Assembly: GCA_951406725.2 (NCBI GenBank)
Contig: OX597834.1
Span: forward strand, 20,274,001 to 20,338,000
Origin: Octopus vulgaris
Taxonomy: Eukaryota
Direction of reading: 5' to 3'
DNA length: 64,000 nucleotides
Within the stretch, counting starts at the first letter, position 1, and each line of letters starts with the position of its first letter. Both the position numbers and the translations under genes were made by a program. Positions 63,949 to 64,000 of the stretch are shown in pieces. Below the pieces are notes generated by a model. The model ran no database searches. It had not been told where the DNA came from and was given only the letters and a program-made list of their open reading frames with translations.

Positions 63949-64000
63949 AGTGGTAAGCTGGCAGAAATGTTAGCATGCTGGGCGAAATGCTTAGTGGTAT
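63606..64000 (+). mobile_element. Two SINE family B copies (63606-63847, and 63948 to the window end) in (TAT)n
   Basis: Both start directly after (TAT)n with aag....agYtggcagaa..gttag. Confidence 0.85.

Overview
AT-rich eukaryotic genomic DNA, almost certainly intronic or intergenic. The repeat content (tRNA-derived SINE families and very dense di-, tri- and tetranucleotide microsatellites) resembles an Octopus/cephalopod genome; the taxon is an inference. No host protein-coding gene could be identified, and nearly all listed ORFs are microsatellite translations. The convincing coding remnants all come from mobile elements: a stop-free 5'-truncated CR1-type reverse transcriptase, the C-terminus of an RTE-type LINE, a Hero-like restriction-endonuclease tail, and a mariner transposase tail inside a MITE. 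The window also holds at least four SINE-like families, TTAA (piggyBac-like), hAT, Tc1 and mariner MITEs, and a non-autonomous Helitron, often nested. The most notable signals are: (1) several distinct short non-coding elements carrying minimal type I hammerhead ribozyme motifs, including a ~350-bp unit found as a direct repeat at one locus and an inverted repeat at another (Penelope pLTR/retrozyme-like), and one fused behind a tRNA head; (2) a strong AG|GTAAGT recursive-splice-site candidate; (3) SINE tail swapping, with a likely donor LINE 3' end in the same window. Coordinates were read by eye and repeat ends may be off by a few bases. Family labels A-D are my own.
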